A stretch of 64,000 nt of DNA from Candidatus Eiseniibacteriota bacterium (GCA_963725865.1 CAVSAC010000014.1:1-64000); one strand, 5' to 3'. Shown: positions 31,605-43,136, counted from the stretch's first letter. Numbers and translations: made by a program. The notes: generated by a model from the letters alone, not told the origin.

Positions 31605-33266
31605 ATGAAAATTCTAATATATGCGGCAATAGTCGCATTGGCGGTGGGGTCCGTATCCGGTTCCGCTTTCGCCCAGGATCGCGCAAAGGCGGAGCCGGGC
31701 GGTCCGGCCGGAAAATGGTCTACGCGCACGCCGGTCACGCCGGACCCGAGCAAGATCAAGGTTCCGCCGGGGTACAAGGTCGGCGGTGTTCGCCTCCGGC
31801 CTCGATACGATCACGTCCATCACGGTCGACAAGAACGACAACGTCTGGGTCGCCATTTCGGGCAACACCTTCGGCTTTCCGCCGGAAGGCATCGACAAGC
31901 CGCACGTGAAGATCTTCGACAAGTCCGGCAAGCTGATCAAGGACAACGTCGGTCTGGGCATGTTCAAGTCCTTTGCCCTGAACGAGATCGGCTATTGCGC
32001 GGAAAACGGCCGCACCTACGTCGGCGACTACAGCTACGGCATCTGGGAAATCGACGGCGTGAACGGCACGCCCAAGCTGATCATGAACGAGGTGCCGATC
32101 GGTGACCACGCGCTCGGCGGCATCACCTGCCGGGACGGTTGGCTGTACTACGCGGTGGGCGCCCCGACCAATTCCGGCTTTTCCGATCCGGACATCCATG
32201 GCTGGACGGATGCGATCGATCCCTACTGGGAAAAGCGCACGACCGCCGGAGTGCCCGCGCTGCCGCGCGATCCGCCCTGCCGGGATATCGTGCTGACGGG
32301 GCTCAACATCCGCGACAAGCGAGGGCAACCTCACGGGCGCGTACCTGCCCAAAGGCACGCCTTCCAAGCCGGGTCAGGTGATCAAGGCGCAAAAGCCGTG
32401 CGGCGGCGCCATTCACCGGGCGAAGCTGAAACCCGACAGCAGCTACACCGCGCGACGACTGGGAAGTGTATGCGATGGGATTGCGCAATTCGTCCGGTGT
32501 CGCCTTCGGTCCCAAGGGCTCGCGGTTCGAGAACGCCCTGGCCGTCAGCGACAACGGGCATAACGACAAGGGCAATCGCCGCGTCGCCAACGGCGCCGAG
32601 AAGCTCTTCATCTTCACCGAGAAGGGTCAGGACGCGGGCTTTCCGGACAAGGAAGGCATGAACTTCGTGAACATCAAGCGCTACGGGCCTGACGTCTATC
32701 GCGGCAACAAGTTCGACAGCACGCGGCCGAATCCCCAGCTGTACATCGGGGACAAGCCGTTCATTCCGAAGCTGCCGCCCTACCGGTTCATCGACCATTC
32801 GATCGGCGTTCGCGGCACTCCGCTGATCGTCGCCAATCCCAACCCCAACGGCTACATCAACCCGGTGATGGAATGGGACACCAACAACCCGATGGACGGG
32901 TTGGCCTGGGCGCCGAAGGCCTTCGGTGCGCCGGGGGACACGATCTTCACCGCGGTGTTCGGCATCATCGACAACGGTCCGGAAAGCCTGCGCCCGATGT
33001 GGCCGGCGATCGTGAAGATCGAGTTCCTCAACCCGACCGGCGTCAAGTGGTCGATCTTCGCCGAAAACATCGATCCGGGCCCCAACGCCTACCAGAAGAA
33101 GGAAAACCGGGGCGGGTTCGAGCGCACCAACGACGTCGAGTTCAGCATCGACGGCAAGACCATGTACGTTGCGGACTACGGCGAGCTCTACGTGAACTAC
33201 CAGATGGAATCGCCGTTCTACACGACGCCGAAGTCCGCGGTCGTCTGGACCATCACGAAGGAGTAG
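31605..33266 (+). CDS. Secreted beta-propeller protein, divergent glucose/sorbosone dehydrogenase-like (frameshifts)
   Basis: Strong RBS, signal ending AFA; IKVPPGYKV, GWLYYAVGAPTNSG, MGLRNSSGVAFGP, GGFERTNDVEFS, MYVADYG. Confidence 0.75.
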
Positions 33267-33278
33267 GTCAGGTCAGTC

Positions 33279-33318
33279 TTCCCATCCCGGCGGCTGCGGC
33301 CGCCGGGATGGGAATTTT
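33279..33318 (+). terminator. Intrinsic terminator
   Basis: 16-bp stem ttcccatcccggcggc-tgcg-gccgccgggatgggaa followed by tttt. Confidence 0.75.
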
Positions 33319-33431
33319 CCTGCCGCCCGAGTGTTCTCTGCGACCGATGCGCGAATCCAGGGAAGAGCGACAGCGAACCCCATCGAGCGACATCGCGGGA
33401 CGCGTTCTGTTCAGAAATGCCCATCCGGCGC

Positions 33432-33931
33432 TCACAGCGTAAGCTCGTAACTACCGGTCGTACGGAGCGCTTCTCGCGCAATTCCAGAAGAATCGGGTCT
33501 GACGCCAGCGTCCACACCGTTCACCGTCACGGTGGCCGCGAACGTTCCGTCGTCCAGTTCGCGCAGATCATGCAGCACGATGCGCTTGGCCTGGTGGATC
33601 ATGTTGGCGAGCAAGGCATTGAGGCGGTCGCGCACCGCGATGGAGATGGCGTCGTCGCTCGGGCAGTTCGCGAAACGCCGTCGGGACGCACGCGATACAG
33701 TGATTCCGCCGAAGGATGCGGCGGTTCGATCCAGAACCGGCACCAGCCCGCCGATTCACAGCCGCGAAACTCGGCCTCCACCGGTTCGGCGTGCTCTGGG
33801 TGGGGTGCAGGTGGTTCCGCGCAAATTGTCATTGGCACGGACAACAGGCCGAGCAATGCGGCGCCGGCAGCGAGCAGGTTCGGTGACGCTTCGAGTACGA
33901 AGGGCATGGATGGAGTTATATCAGATTTCAC
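33432..33931 (-). CDS. Hypothetical secreted protein (frameshifted)
   Basis: Hydrophobic N-terminus; AEFRGCESAGWCRF...RVRPDGV, then IAVRDRLNALL...ATVTVNGVD in another frame. Confidence 0.5.
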
Positions 33932-34086
33932 TTTCGGGAGGCAGGCACCAATTGTCCGATTGCTCTAGTCCCGCTTGCCCGGTGTCTGCAGAGCAACTGT
34001 GTCTCGAAGCTGACCGCCAGTGCTTGCGGAGCGAGTCCAGTCTGGTCACCGGGCATCGTTAACCCGCGCATGGATTGAGTCCAACG

Positions 34087-34377
34087 ATGGATGACCACGA
34101 CGCAGAATGCAGTGCAGAGGCGGGAGTTTTTAGGCCCGTGGTCGATCGAAATCGCTGCGAAGGCAAGCAAGCTTGTGTGGCGGTTTGCCCGTATCAGGTC
34201 TTTAGCATGGCTACGGTTCCGCGGGAAGGCAGGCGTGGCCTGACACTAGCTGGGAAAGTGAAAGGCTACGTGCATCAGTGGCATCAGGCCTTCGCCACCA
34301 ACGCGCATGCCTGCCATGCGTGCGGCTTGTGCGTGGCGGCCTGTCCGGAGAATGCGATCACACTCGAGCGCACCTGA
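34087..34377 (+). CDS. 4Fe-4S dicluster-type ferredoxin
   Basis: CEGKQACVAVCP and CHACGLCVAACP. Confidence 0.88.
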   Translation: MDDHDAECSAEAGVFRPVVDRNRCEGKQACVAVCPYQVFSMATVPREGRRGLTLAGKVKGYVHQWHQAFATNAHACHACGLCVAACPENAITLERT

Positions 34378-34429
34378 CCTCTCTATCGCGACCGAAGCCG
34401 ACATTCTCTTGATCGCCGGACGCGCCCGG

Positions 34430-34828
34430 CTATTTGGCGCCGGAGGTGGAAAGAGATCGGATGAAGTTGATCAAGTCCCACACGTCGTTGTCGCTCAGTA
34501 TGGTCTTCCACGCCGGCATTAGATTCTTGCCATTGGCAATCCGATAGGCAATCACACCGTCAGGAAATATCGGCGGTGGCGCAAGCTTCGTGAGATCTTT
34601 CGGCCGTGCCGGGAGCGACGCTGCGGCAACTCCATCGCCGAGGCCTCCGGCCCCGTGACAGGCAACACAATTTCGCTCGAAAATACTTTTGCCTCTCGCG
34701 ATCGAGTCCGGCGACCTTGGAATGGGATTCGAGGTAAACGCCGCCTTGAGCAGGTCGGCGTAATAAATGCTCAACCCGATGCAAACGGGGGCTGCGGCGG
34801 CTAAGAGCCATTTGATCTTCACTTGCAT
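34430..34828 (-). CDS. Monoheme cytochrome c
   Basis: NPIPRSPDSIARGKSIFERNCVACHG...GDG...LMPAWK...VWDLINFIRSL. Confidence 0.9.
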   Translation of the reverse strand: MQVKIKWLLAAAAPVCIGLSIYYADLLKAAFTSNPIPRSPDSIARGKSIFERNCVACHGAGGLGDGVAAASLPARPKDLTKLAPPPIFPDGVIAYRIANGKNLMPAWKTILSDNDVWDLINFIRSLSTSGAK

Positions 34829-34949
34829 ACGTCCCGGTGCGAGAAGATCCAACCATACCATATGGTTCCACGGCTCCTAACGAGGCGCGAGATGTGCCGG
34901 CGAGCAACCGGGTCGCGCGGTACAGTGGTGCGGGCCAGATCAGATCCCC

Positions 34950-35784
34950 GATCATCGAGGCGGTGCAGCGGTTGGAGGCACCAGCCAAGCTTGCCGTGCG
35001 AGTAGGGATAGCCACCGGTCTGGTAGTCATCGGCGAGACCCTCGAGGGGGATGCGACCGAGCCGAAGACGGCGGTGGGGGACACCCCTAATATTGCAGCA
35101 CGCCTGCAGGGGCTCGCCCGGCCCAATGCGGTTGTGATCGGTCCGGTGACCAAGAGCTTGGCGCGAGAAGCCTTCGACTATGAAGACTTGGGTAGCCACG
35201 CACTCAAGGGAATCAGCGAGCAAGTACACGCGTGGGGGGTAGTGGGAATCCGCCCGGAGGAGGCAGAGCAGCATTGCGAAGGCGTCAAGCGTGCTCCGTT
35301 GCTGGTGGGGCGGGACGAAGAGATCGGGCTGCTGCGCCGCGCCTGGCAGCAGAGCAAGGCAGGTCACGGCCAGGTGGTGCTGGTCAAGGGCGAGCCGGGC
35401 ATCGGCAAGTCTGCCTTGGTGGAGACGCTTGTGGCGCAGCTGCGCGAGGAGGGCGCGCCTCGAATCACCATCCGCTGTTCCGCCTATCACACCAATAGCG
35501 CGCTCTATCCGGTCATCGAGCATCTCAAGAAAATGGTCGGCTGGCAGGCAGAGGATGCGCCGGAGGTCAACCTGGCGCGACTCGAGCACAAACTCAAGGA
35601 CGACCGTCTGTCCCTGGAAGAGTTGGTGCGACCCTTCGCATCGCTACTATCGCTGCCGCTGCCTGAGGGTCGCTATCCACCGCTGAACCTCAGCGCGCAG
35701 GACTTGAAGCAGCGCATCCTGGACGACCTCGCAGAGTGGCAATTCGAGATCGCCGAGCGCCGGCCGGCGGTGATGGTGTGGTGA
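34950..35784 (+). pseudogene. Internal fragment of an adenylate/guanylate cyclase-AAA ATPase protein
   Basis: VRVGIATGLVV, VGDTPNIAARLQ, LVGRDEE, GEPGIGKS; both ends of the usual multidomain protein are missing. Confidence 0.85.
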
Positions 35785-35928
35785 GTAAGCACAGGATCTG
35801 AACAGCCCGATGGCTGAGTCTTGTAGGGCGGGTACGGTGCAACCGAAGTAAGCCACCTTATCCCGCGGTGTAGATGTCAGCGTGGGTCAACGCACATCGG
35901 CAACGATGCCCGACGTCCTACTCGAGCG

Positions 35929-36905
35929 CTAACGAAGCGCTTCATCGAGCAGCTCGACCCAATGCCGGACCGGCAGCGTCGTCCCGGTCTGGATGTGAGC
36001 GAGGCAGCCGATGTTGGCGGTGGCGATCACCGCCGGCGACCCCGACGACAGGGCCGCGACCTTGTTTTTGAGCAGACGCTGAGACAGGTCCGGCTGCAGG
36101 ATGGAGTAGGTCCCGGCCGAACCGCAGCACAGATGAGAATCGGGCACTGGCGTCAGCGAGTAGCTGGCTGCCATGAGCAGCGATTCGGCGAGTCCGCGGA
36201 TCTGCTGACCGTGCTGGAGCGTGCAGGGCGAGTGGAAGGCGACCGCTGGCAGGCGCGAAGCGGGGGACGAGAAGTGAGAGGCGAGGGCCTCCCGTTCCGC
36301 CGTCAGAATTTCGGCTGCATCCTTGGTTAATGCCGAGATCTTCTTTGCCTTCTCGCGGTAGCGCTCATCTCGTTGGAGCAGGTGGCCGTACTCCCTCACC
36401 ATGACCCCGCACCCGCTCGCCGTCATGACAATGGCCTCCACGCCTTGCTCGACGTAGGGCCACCACGCGTCGACGTTGCGCCGCATGTAGTCCAGCCCCT
36501 CGTCCTGGGCATTGAGATGATAGGAGAGGGCGCCGCAGCACCCGGCCGCAGCGGCGGGCACGAGCGAAATGCCGATCCTGTCCAGGATGCGCGCCAAAGC
36601 CGGATTGATGGTGGGGGCGATGCCAGGCTGCGCGCAGCCCTGCAGGACCAGCATGCGGCGAGCGTGACGCGGGGCCGGCCAGGGTGTGGCGGCAAGGCGC
36701 TTCGGGATCTTGCGCCTGACTGACCGCGGCAGCAGCGGGCGGGTGAGTTGGCCGAGCTTGAGCAGCGGGTTGAACACTGCGGGCTTCGGGATGACGGCGC
36801 GCAGCGTCGCGCGCTTCAAACGCTCCAAGGGGGTGCGGCGTACCTGTTGCTCGACGATATTGCGGCCGATGTCTACCAGCCGTCCGTACTGCACGCCGGA
36901 GGGGC
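35929..36905 (-). pseudogene. glcF: 5'-truncated glycolate oxidase Fe-S subunit
   Basis: Begins at PSGVQYGRLVDIGR; GCCGA, TASGCG, HSPCTLQHG, HLCCGSAGTYS, TANIGC; N-terminal 4Fe-4S motifs and glcDE absent. Confidence 0.85.
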
Positions 36906-37097
36906 TGCCGATTCAGTTCCAGCCCGCAACGCAGGCGCTTCCGTCGCTCTTGGTTGTGACTGCGCCGCGATCGTGGGCATTCTGGCGGGATGGGCGCAAT
37001 TCGCGGGTTGGAGCTCTCGGGTTGTGATGGCGGCAACCCCATCGCCGCGAATTGTCGCCACTCTGGGATCCAGGATGCGGCGGCACTCGCCAAAGCG

Positions 37098-37664
37098 TCA
37101 GCGGCCCGCGGGGCGTGTGTTGTGGTCGGCGACCGGATGCACCAGCTTGTAGCTCGCGAACGTGGCCCACGCCCCGTCGCGCCCTTGCGCCTCGAGCAAC
37201 AGGGACCACGCCCGCGAATCCGGATCGAACGTGAACGTGTCGCGGAAAGCGCCCTCCGTATAAGGGAAATGGATGATCAGCCGCCGTCCGTCGCGCCTGC
37301 CGGTCGCGACCACGCGCGCGCCACCTGCGCCGAATCGATCCAGCCAATGCGATACGTAGTCGCCGGCCTTGGCATCGAAGCCGATGAAGACGTCGGCCTC
37401 GTATTTCGGCGGCACCGCGACATCGGCCATGTGCAGCCGCAGGAAGCCGCCTTGAAGGACGCGCTCGCCGTGCGCGCGATACCGCACCGGCTGACCCCTC
37501 ACCATGCCGACCATATCCCAGTCGCCCTGGAGCCCATCGAGATACGCGTTGTCCGGTGAGGCCATATCCTCAGCGCGCCCGAGCTGACCGACGCTTGCCG
37601 CGACGACGAGGACGCACGCGCAAACCGCAGCGCGACCGGGATGGGAGGACCGGGTGATCGCCAT
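37098..37664 (-). CDS. Hypothetical secreted protein (DUF1579-like)
   Basis: Signal-like segment; LQGDW, RVLQGGFLRLH, YVSHWLDRFG, FRDTF. Confidence 0.65.
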   Translation of the reverse strand: MAITRSSHPGRAAVCACVLVVAASVGQLGRAEDMASPDNAYLDGLQGDWDMVGMVRGQPVRYRAHGERVLQGGFLRLHMADVAVPPKYEADVFIGFDAKAGDYVSHWLDRFGAGGARVVATGRRDGRRLIIHFPYTEGAFRDTFTFDPDSRAWSLLLEAQGRDGAWATFASYKLVHPVADHNTRPAGR

Positions 37665-37780
37665 GGGGCAACTCGCGGAGTCCGGAGGCTTCACTATAGC
37701 GTGGCCATCGGATCCCACGCATTTCCTGCGACGGATCCCCGGCCGGATTTGCCGCGGCTGGCTGCCTGCGTCGTGCTGCG

Positions 37781-40700
37781 CTACGCGACCTGCCTCGCCT
37801 GCGGCGGGCCACGATAGGGAATGCGCGCCGCGAGCCAATTCAGCCGATCCGAGGGCACGCCGAGCTTCGCCAGGATCTGCATCGCGACTTCCTGCAGGTC
37901 CGGCGCGAACATGAAGTGATAGTGGACGTGAACCGGCGGGACGGGCCAGCCATTCGGGGTCGATCTCTCCCTTTCGAGGCGACGAGATGCAGAGGCACGT
38001 TGTAGCAGGCGGGGTAATGCACGACGCGATCGGTGGCCGCCCAGATCGCGATGGCCAGCACCGCCTGATTGGAACCCCAGTATTCGCTTCCTGCCTGCCC
38101 GACGGGTCCCGTCGACGCGTAGACGTCCATCCCGCTGCCGCGATAGGGTCTCAAGCCGGCCTTCACCGACGCGGTGAAGAGCTCGGCCGTGCGCGTGAAT
38201 ATTCCCTTGTCCCGGCGAGCGACGATCAGGCCGCCGTTGTACGACGCGCGGATGCGCTCGCCGTCGATCGTCGCGTGGATGTAGGGTAGCCGATCGATCG
38301 GAATCCCGCCCATTGCGGCGAGAGCGACCCAATAGTCCTCGAAGGGGTCGCCCGGACCCCGGGATGCGCTTCCCTTGGCGTCCACGGGCCTGACGGCAAC
38401 GTCGGCGTCGGTCGGGAGCTCGGGCTCGTCGAGGTAGACCGTATCGCTATCCAGGACGACCATGAAGTCGGAGTCGGAATGCTGTTCGGCCCAGGCTCCG
38501 GCGTACACGCGGTTCGCGGAGCCGTACTCGGTGCACGTGGTGTTGAGGGGCTCGTCGACGTACTCGACGCCGAGATCCGCCAACGCACCGCGCGTGTCGC
38601 GATCGACGGCCAGTCCCGCGCGCGGCGAAAAGGCCAGGATCCGCGCATTGCGGTAGCGCCCGCCGAATTGGCGGATGCTCTCGCACAGCAGCAGCGCCTG
38701 ATCGCGGATCGCGTTGTTCTCGATGCACAGGACGAACGTTGCCGTGGCACCGGATGCGCTGGGCCGACCCTCGAGGCTGTCGGCAGGACGGCGGTCCGGT
38801 GCGCGAGACGTCGGCGCGATCGTTGCGTCCTCGTCGCACCGCGCGAGGATGGTACCGTACAGGGCGCGAATCTCGGCGCTGGCGGGATGGGACGGCAAGG
38901 CGTCGAGCGCCGCGTCGTCCGACCGCTGCCGGCGCAGACCCGGCACCAGGAATCGGTCGACCTCGTCGGCGCGGCCGACTGCGTCGAGCGCGACGCCGAG
39001 ACGCTCGGCGATCCGGCCGACGACGCCGCGCCAGTCGTCGAGCAGGTCGGTGTACCGGACGTACATGACGTCGGGCACCGAGTCCAGGAACTCGGTGCCC
39101 CGCTTCATGTAGTTGAGCCACAGCGCCAGCCCTTCCGGCACCGACATGTCGCCGCGGGCATGCAGCGACTGCGCGACTTCGAGCGGATCGCGAACGGGGA
39201 CGACGTACACTGGCCGATAACCGGCGCCGGTCAGCGCGCGATGCCACAGCGGCGCCAGCACGCACATGCGCGGATCCTTGAGCAGGATCGTCGGCTCGTT
39301 CCCGTACTCCGACGCCAGCAGCGCGCGCGCGTCGCTGTCGAACTCGTCGGTGATCGCGGTGTTGTCGGGCAGCCGAAAGTCGACGTGGTCCCACGCGCCG
39401 CCCAACTGGCGCAGGACGCGGTTGTCGAGGTTGACGACCGCTTCCGGCTCCCAGGATCCCTTCGGATTCATGCGGAGCTTCGCGCGCCGCAAGTTGGGCG
39501 GAAGGTACGCGCCGCAAAGATTGAGCACGCGGGCCAGCGCCGAGCTGCCGCTGCGGTGCATGCCGAGCACGACCACGGCCGTCTGGCGCAGCCCCGGCGC
39601 CGTGGCGGCCGCGCGCTCCCGCGCCGGCGTACGCGGTTGCATTGCCCGCGGGCTCGCATCCTGGTCGCACCGCGCGAGGCATGCCCGATGCAGCGTGCGG
39701 ATCTCGGCGTTGGCCGGATGGGACGGCAAGGCGTCGAGCGCCGCGTCGTCCGACCGCTGCCGGCGCAGACCCGGCACCAGGAATCGGTCGACCTCGTCGG
39801 CGCGGCCGACTGCGTCGAGCGCGACGCCGAGACGCTCGGCGATCCGGCCGACGACGCCGCGCCAGTCGTCGAGCAGGTCGGTGTACCGGACGTACATGAC
39901 GTCGGGCACCGAGTCCAGGAACTCGGTGCCCCGCTTCATGTAGTTGAGCCACAGCGCCAGCCCTTCCGGCACCGACATGTCGCCGCGGGCATGCAGCGAC
40001 TGCGCGACTTCGAGCGGATCGCGAACGGGGACGACGTACACCGGCCGATAACCCGCGCCGGTCAGTGCGCGATGCCACAGCGGCGCCAGCACGCACATGC
40101 GCGGATCCTTGAGCAGGATCGTCGGCTCGTTCCCGTACTCCGACGCCAGCAGCGCGCGCGCGTCGCTGTCGAACTCCTCGGCGATCGCGGTGTTGTCGGG
40201 CAGTTGAAAGTCGACGCGGTTCCAGGCGCCACCCAATTGGCGCAGGACCCGATCGTTGAGGTCGACGATTGCTTCCGGCTCCCAGTATCCGGCGGGATTC
40301 TGCGTGGCGCTCGGCGGCAGCACCTGCGGCGGCAGGTACGCGCCGCAAAGATTGAGCACGCGGGCCAGCGCCGAGCTGCCGCTGCGGTGCATGCCGAGCA
40401 CGACCACGGCCGTCTTGCGCAGCCCAGGGGCCGTCACGGCCGGTCCCGCCGCCGACGGTGCAGGCGAGTGGCTCGCCCGCAGGTCTTCGGCGAGGCGGCG
40501 CATCGTCGGAACGGGCACGATCGTCCCCCGTCCCGCCGCCAGAACGCGCGTCAGCAGCAGTGCCCGGTTGCCAGGCCATTGCGGAGCGAGGGGGTTGGTG
40601 CAGGGTTCTGCGCCGGAAAGTGCGGTCGCGATGAATGCGGACAACGTCCGGTCGGCTTCCTCGGCATTCCGCCGTCGCGCTTCGGGGATCGTCCCGTCGC

Positions 40701-41763
40701 CACCGCCACGATGGAAATAGAGGGGGCGGCGCACGACTCTGGGCTCCGCCAGCCCGGCAGCCCGCAGGCAGAAATCCCATTCGTACTGGACGGGCAGGTC
40801 CCGAAATCCGCCGACCGAGCGAAAGAAGTCGCGCTCGACGAAGAGGTTGCCGGCGGTCACGGCAACGTTGGATTGCAGCAAGTCGAAGCTGTTCGTCGTG
40901 CTTCCCGGCAGACTGGCCTGGAGTTGCCCCGTGCCTGCCGCAGGAGGTGCGTTCCCGGCGCCGGCGGACTCCCGATCTGCGGAGACCCCGGAAACAAGCG
41001 AGTAGCCCCACAGGACGCCGGTACGGGCGATCCCGTCCACCAGCGCCGCGACGCGACCCGGCGCGTAGTCGTCGTCGCCGTCCAGGAACGCGACGAACTT
41101 TCCACGCGCAAGTGAAGCCCCCTCGTTGTAAGTGGCTGGCGCGCCCTGGCTTGTCCGCGCGACGAAGCGCGTCGGGATCGAAACGCCGGAAAGGCACTCG
41201 CGAACGACTTCGACGGTACGATCGCGCGATCCGTCGTCGATGACGACGAGCTCGATGTTCGAATAGCTTTGCGCGACGACCGAGGAGATCGCTTGCGCAA
41301 CGCGTTGCGCGTGGTCGTGAGCACGCACGACCACGGTCACCAGCGGGCAGTCGCCGGTCTGTGCCTGGCTGTGCGATCGTTCCCATGCCAGGAACTCCGG
41401 CACGAGTTCCGTCTGCCGGTCGTTGGCTTCGCGCGCCAGCAGTTTGGCGATCGCCAGGCCCAGATTGTGGCGCACCTCGGGGACGGCCCAATCCGTCCTC
41501 TCCGCGGCGTCGAGCAGGATGTCGAGCGCGTCGCGATACCGCATTCGCTCCAGCAGGACCACGCCGAGCATGTGGCGGGCGTCGACGTCGTCCGGGTTCT
41601 CGTCCAGGGCGCGCCGATAGAGGGATTCGGCGTGCCGAAGCGAGCCGGTCCGGTGCGCCGCCAGGGCCAGGGAGCGCGTCGGCACGCTCGCCTGCCCGTT
41701 CGCACCGCAGCAGTGTTTGAACCTCTTTCCGCTGCCGCAGGGGCAGGGTGCATTGCGATTCAT
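37781..41763 (-). CDS. Multidomain SEC-C / TPR / GT2 glycosyltransferase / two sulfotransferase-like domains / C-terminal GT-A-like domain (frameshift near 37970)
   Basis: CPCGSGKRFKHCC; HMLGV TPR; VIDDGS...FLDGDD; twice VLGMHRSGSSA...LKDPR...VRDPLEVAQSL; VLDSDTVYL...YNGG. Confidence 0.88.
38833..40441. repeat. 831-bp in-frame tandem duplication of the sulfotransferase domain
   Basis: Matching blocks at 38833/39664, 38890/39721 and 39511/40342 all differ by 831 nt. Confidence 0.95.
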
Positions 41764-41781
41764 AGCGAGCAAATACGAGAC

Positions 41782-42375
41782 CTAGAACCGATATCCGAAG
41801 TGGCGGATATCGCGCGCGAATCGACTGGCGACGATGTCCCGGGTCTCGTCCGTGTAGTAGTCGCGGTAGCCCGAATGAGCGGAACCGTTGGCGCGAGGGA
41901 GATCGTACGCAAGCGCGAGCCTGTTCTTCACGATTGCATAGTCATCCGCCAGCGTCTCGTAGCGACCGACGAAATCCACCATGAGATTCCCGTCGGGGTC
42001 GGCGACAAAATCAACCTGGTTGCGGGTGGTCCTTTCGCCCAACCCCGTCGTGGTCCGGGTGATGAAATCCGTGAACGTCGGAGCATTGTCGATGACGTAC
42101 CGCTGGAACTCGTTGGGCGCGGGCCCTTGCAGGCACATGAAATACCACGATACCAGCCGATCCCAGGGATTTCGCACAAACGCGAACCGGTAATAGGCGT
42201 TCCAGATTTCCGGCCCCACGATCGCCCGCATCTCGCGGGCCGTCAGATGAATTCTGCCGTTGTGCGAATCGCCGGCGATCGACGGGTCCTCCCTTCGCAA
42301 CGCCAATTCGATGGACGTTCCTGCGGTTCTCTGAATATGGACGAAGATGGCCTTCGTCTTGTGGGAAATGATCAT
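41782..42375 (-). CDS. Sulfotransferase family 2 protein
   Basis: IFVHIQRTAGTSI, FAFVRNPWDRLVSWY, DFVGRYE, DIRHFGY. Confidence 0.92.
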   Translation of the reverse strand: MIISHKTKAIFVHIQRTAGTSIELALRREDPSIAGDSHNGRIHLTAREMRAIVGPEIWNAYYRFAFVRNPWDRLVSWYFMCLQGPAPNEFQRYVIDNAPTFTDFITRTTTGLGERTTRNQVDFVADPDGNLMVDFVGRYETLADDYAIVKNRLALAYDLPRANGSAHSGYRDYYTDETRDIVASRFARDIRHFGYRF

Positions 42376-42499
42376 CGGCAGCGCCTGTCGCGGCGCCGGC
42401 CCGCGCGGATCGGCGCTCCTTTCCTGGTTTCCGTTCGCATTCTAAAGCAATGAGGCGATTTCCCACGCCTTGGTCGAGCGCGCCGACCGACAGGATCGC

Positions 42500-42514
42500 G
42501 CGACATTCCGCCGC
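42500..42514. promoter_or_regulatory. RegA/PrrA-like box
   Basis: GCGAC attcc GCCGC fits GCGRC-N5-GNCGC. Confidence 0.5.
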
Positions 42515-42638
42515 GCTTCAATTGGCCTATCAACGCGATTGCCTCTCAGTCACGGATCTCCGCCTAACCGCGAAGTGTCGCTGTGTTGCGACGCAGCGTT
42601 GTATCCGCAATCGGCCGCGGGTCCGAATGCCGCAAATA

Positions 42639-42652
42639 TTGACCGTCGTCAA
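42639..42652. promoter_or_regulatory. FNR/CRP-family box
   Basis: TTGAC cgtc GTCAA, about 140 bp upstream of the mtoD-like gene. Confidence 0.7.
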
Positions 42653-42789
42653 CACCATGGATCCAAGTCGGGCAGACAGTTTGCCGGGTCGACGCAGCGC
42701 CGTATGCGACCGTATCCATCGAACCAGGTTCCTGTCCTCGGCGGCATTCGCCCGTGCTGAACCGGATATCTTCCTAGGAGAACCAACCA

Positions 42790-43136
42790 TGATGCCAATC
42801 CGCAACTCCGCATTCGTCCTGGGGCTGTCGGCGGCAAGCCTGCTCGCGTTTCCGTCCGTCGCGTCCGCCGTCGATGCCGGCGCCGCGCAATCGCTCGCCC
42901 GCCAGAACAAGTGCTTCAACTGCCATGCCGTCGACAAGAAGAAGGAAGCCCCGGCGTGGAAGGAGGTCGCGGCGAAGTACAAGGGCAAGCCCGATGCGGA
43001 GGCGAAGCTCGTCACGCATCTCACGACCGGACCCAAGGTGAAATTCGACGACGGTCACCAGGAGGATCACCCGATCCTCAAGACCAAGAACCAGGACGAC
43101 ATCAAGAATCTCGTTGCATGGATCTTGTCGCTCTAG
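42790..43136 (+). CDS. mtoD: MtoD-like monoheme cytochrome c (predicted bis-His)
   Basis: AVDAGAAQSLARQNKCFNCHAVDK...KYKGKPDAEAKL...KFDDGHQEDH...KNLVAWILSL; no Met in the mature chain; closely resembles Sideroxydans MtoD. Confidence 0.85.

Noticed and set aside
38447..41491. Very long alternative-frame and antisense ORFs (1014 aa, 878 aa)
   Set aside because: Arg/Ala/Gly-rich shadows of a GC-rich gene with no motifs. The same applies to 46106-48334, 24318-26456 and similar ORFs.
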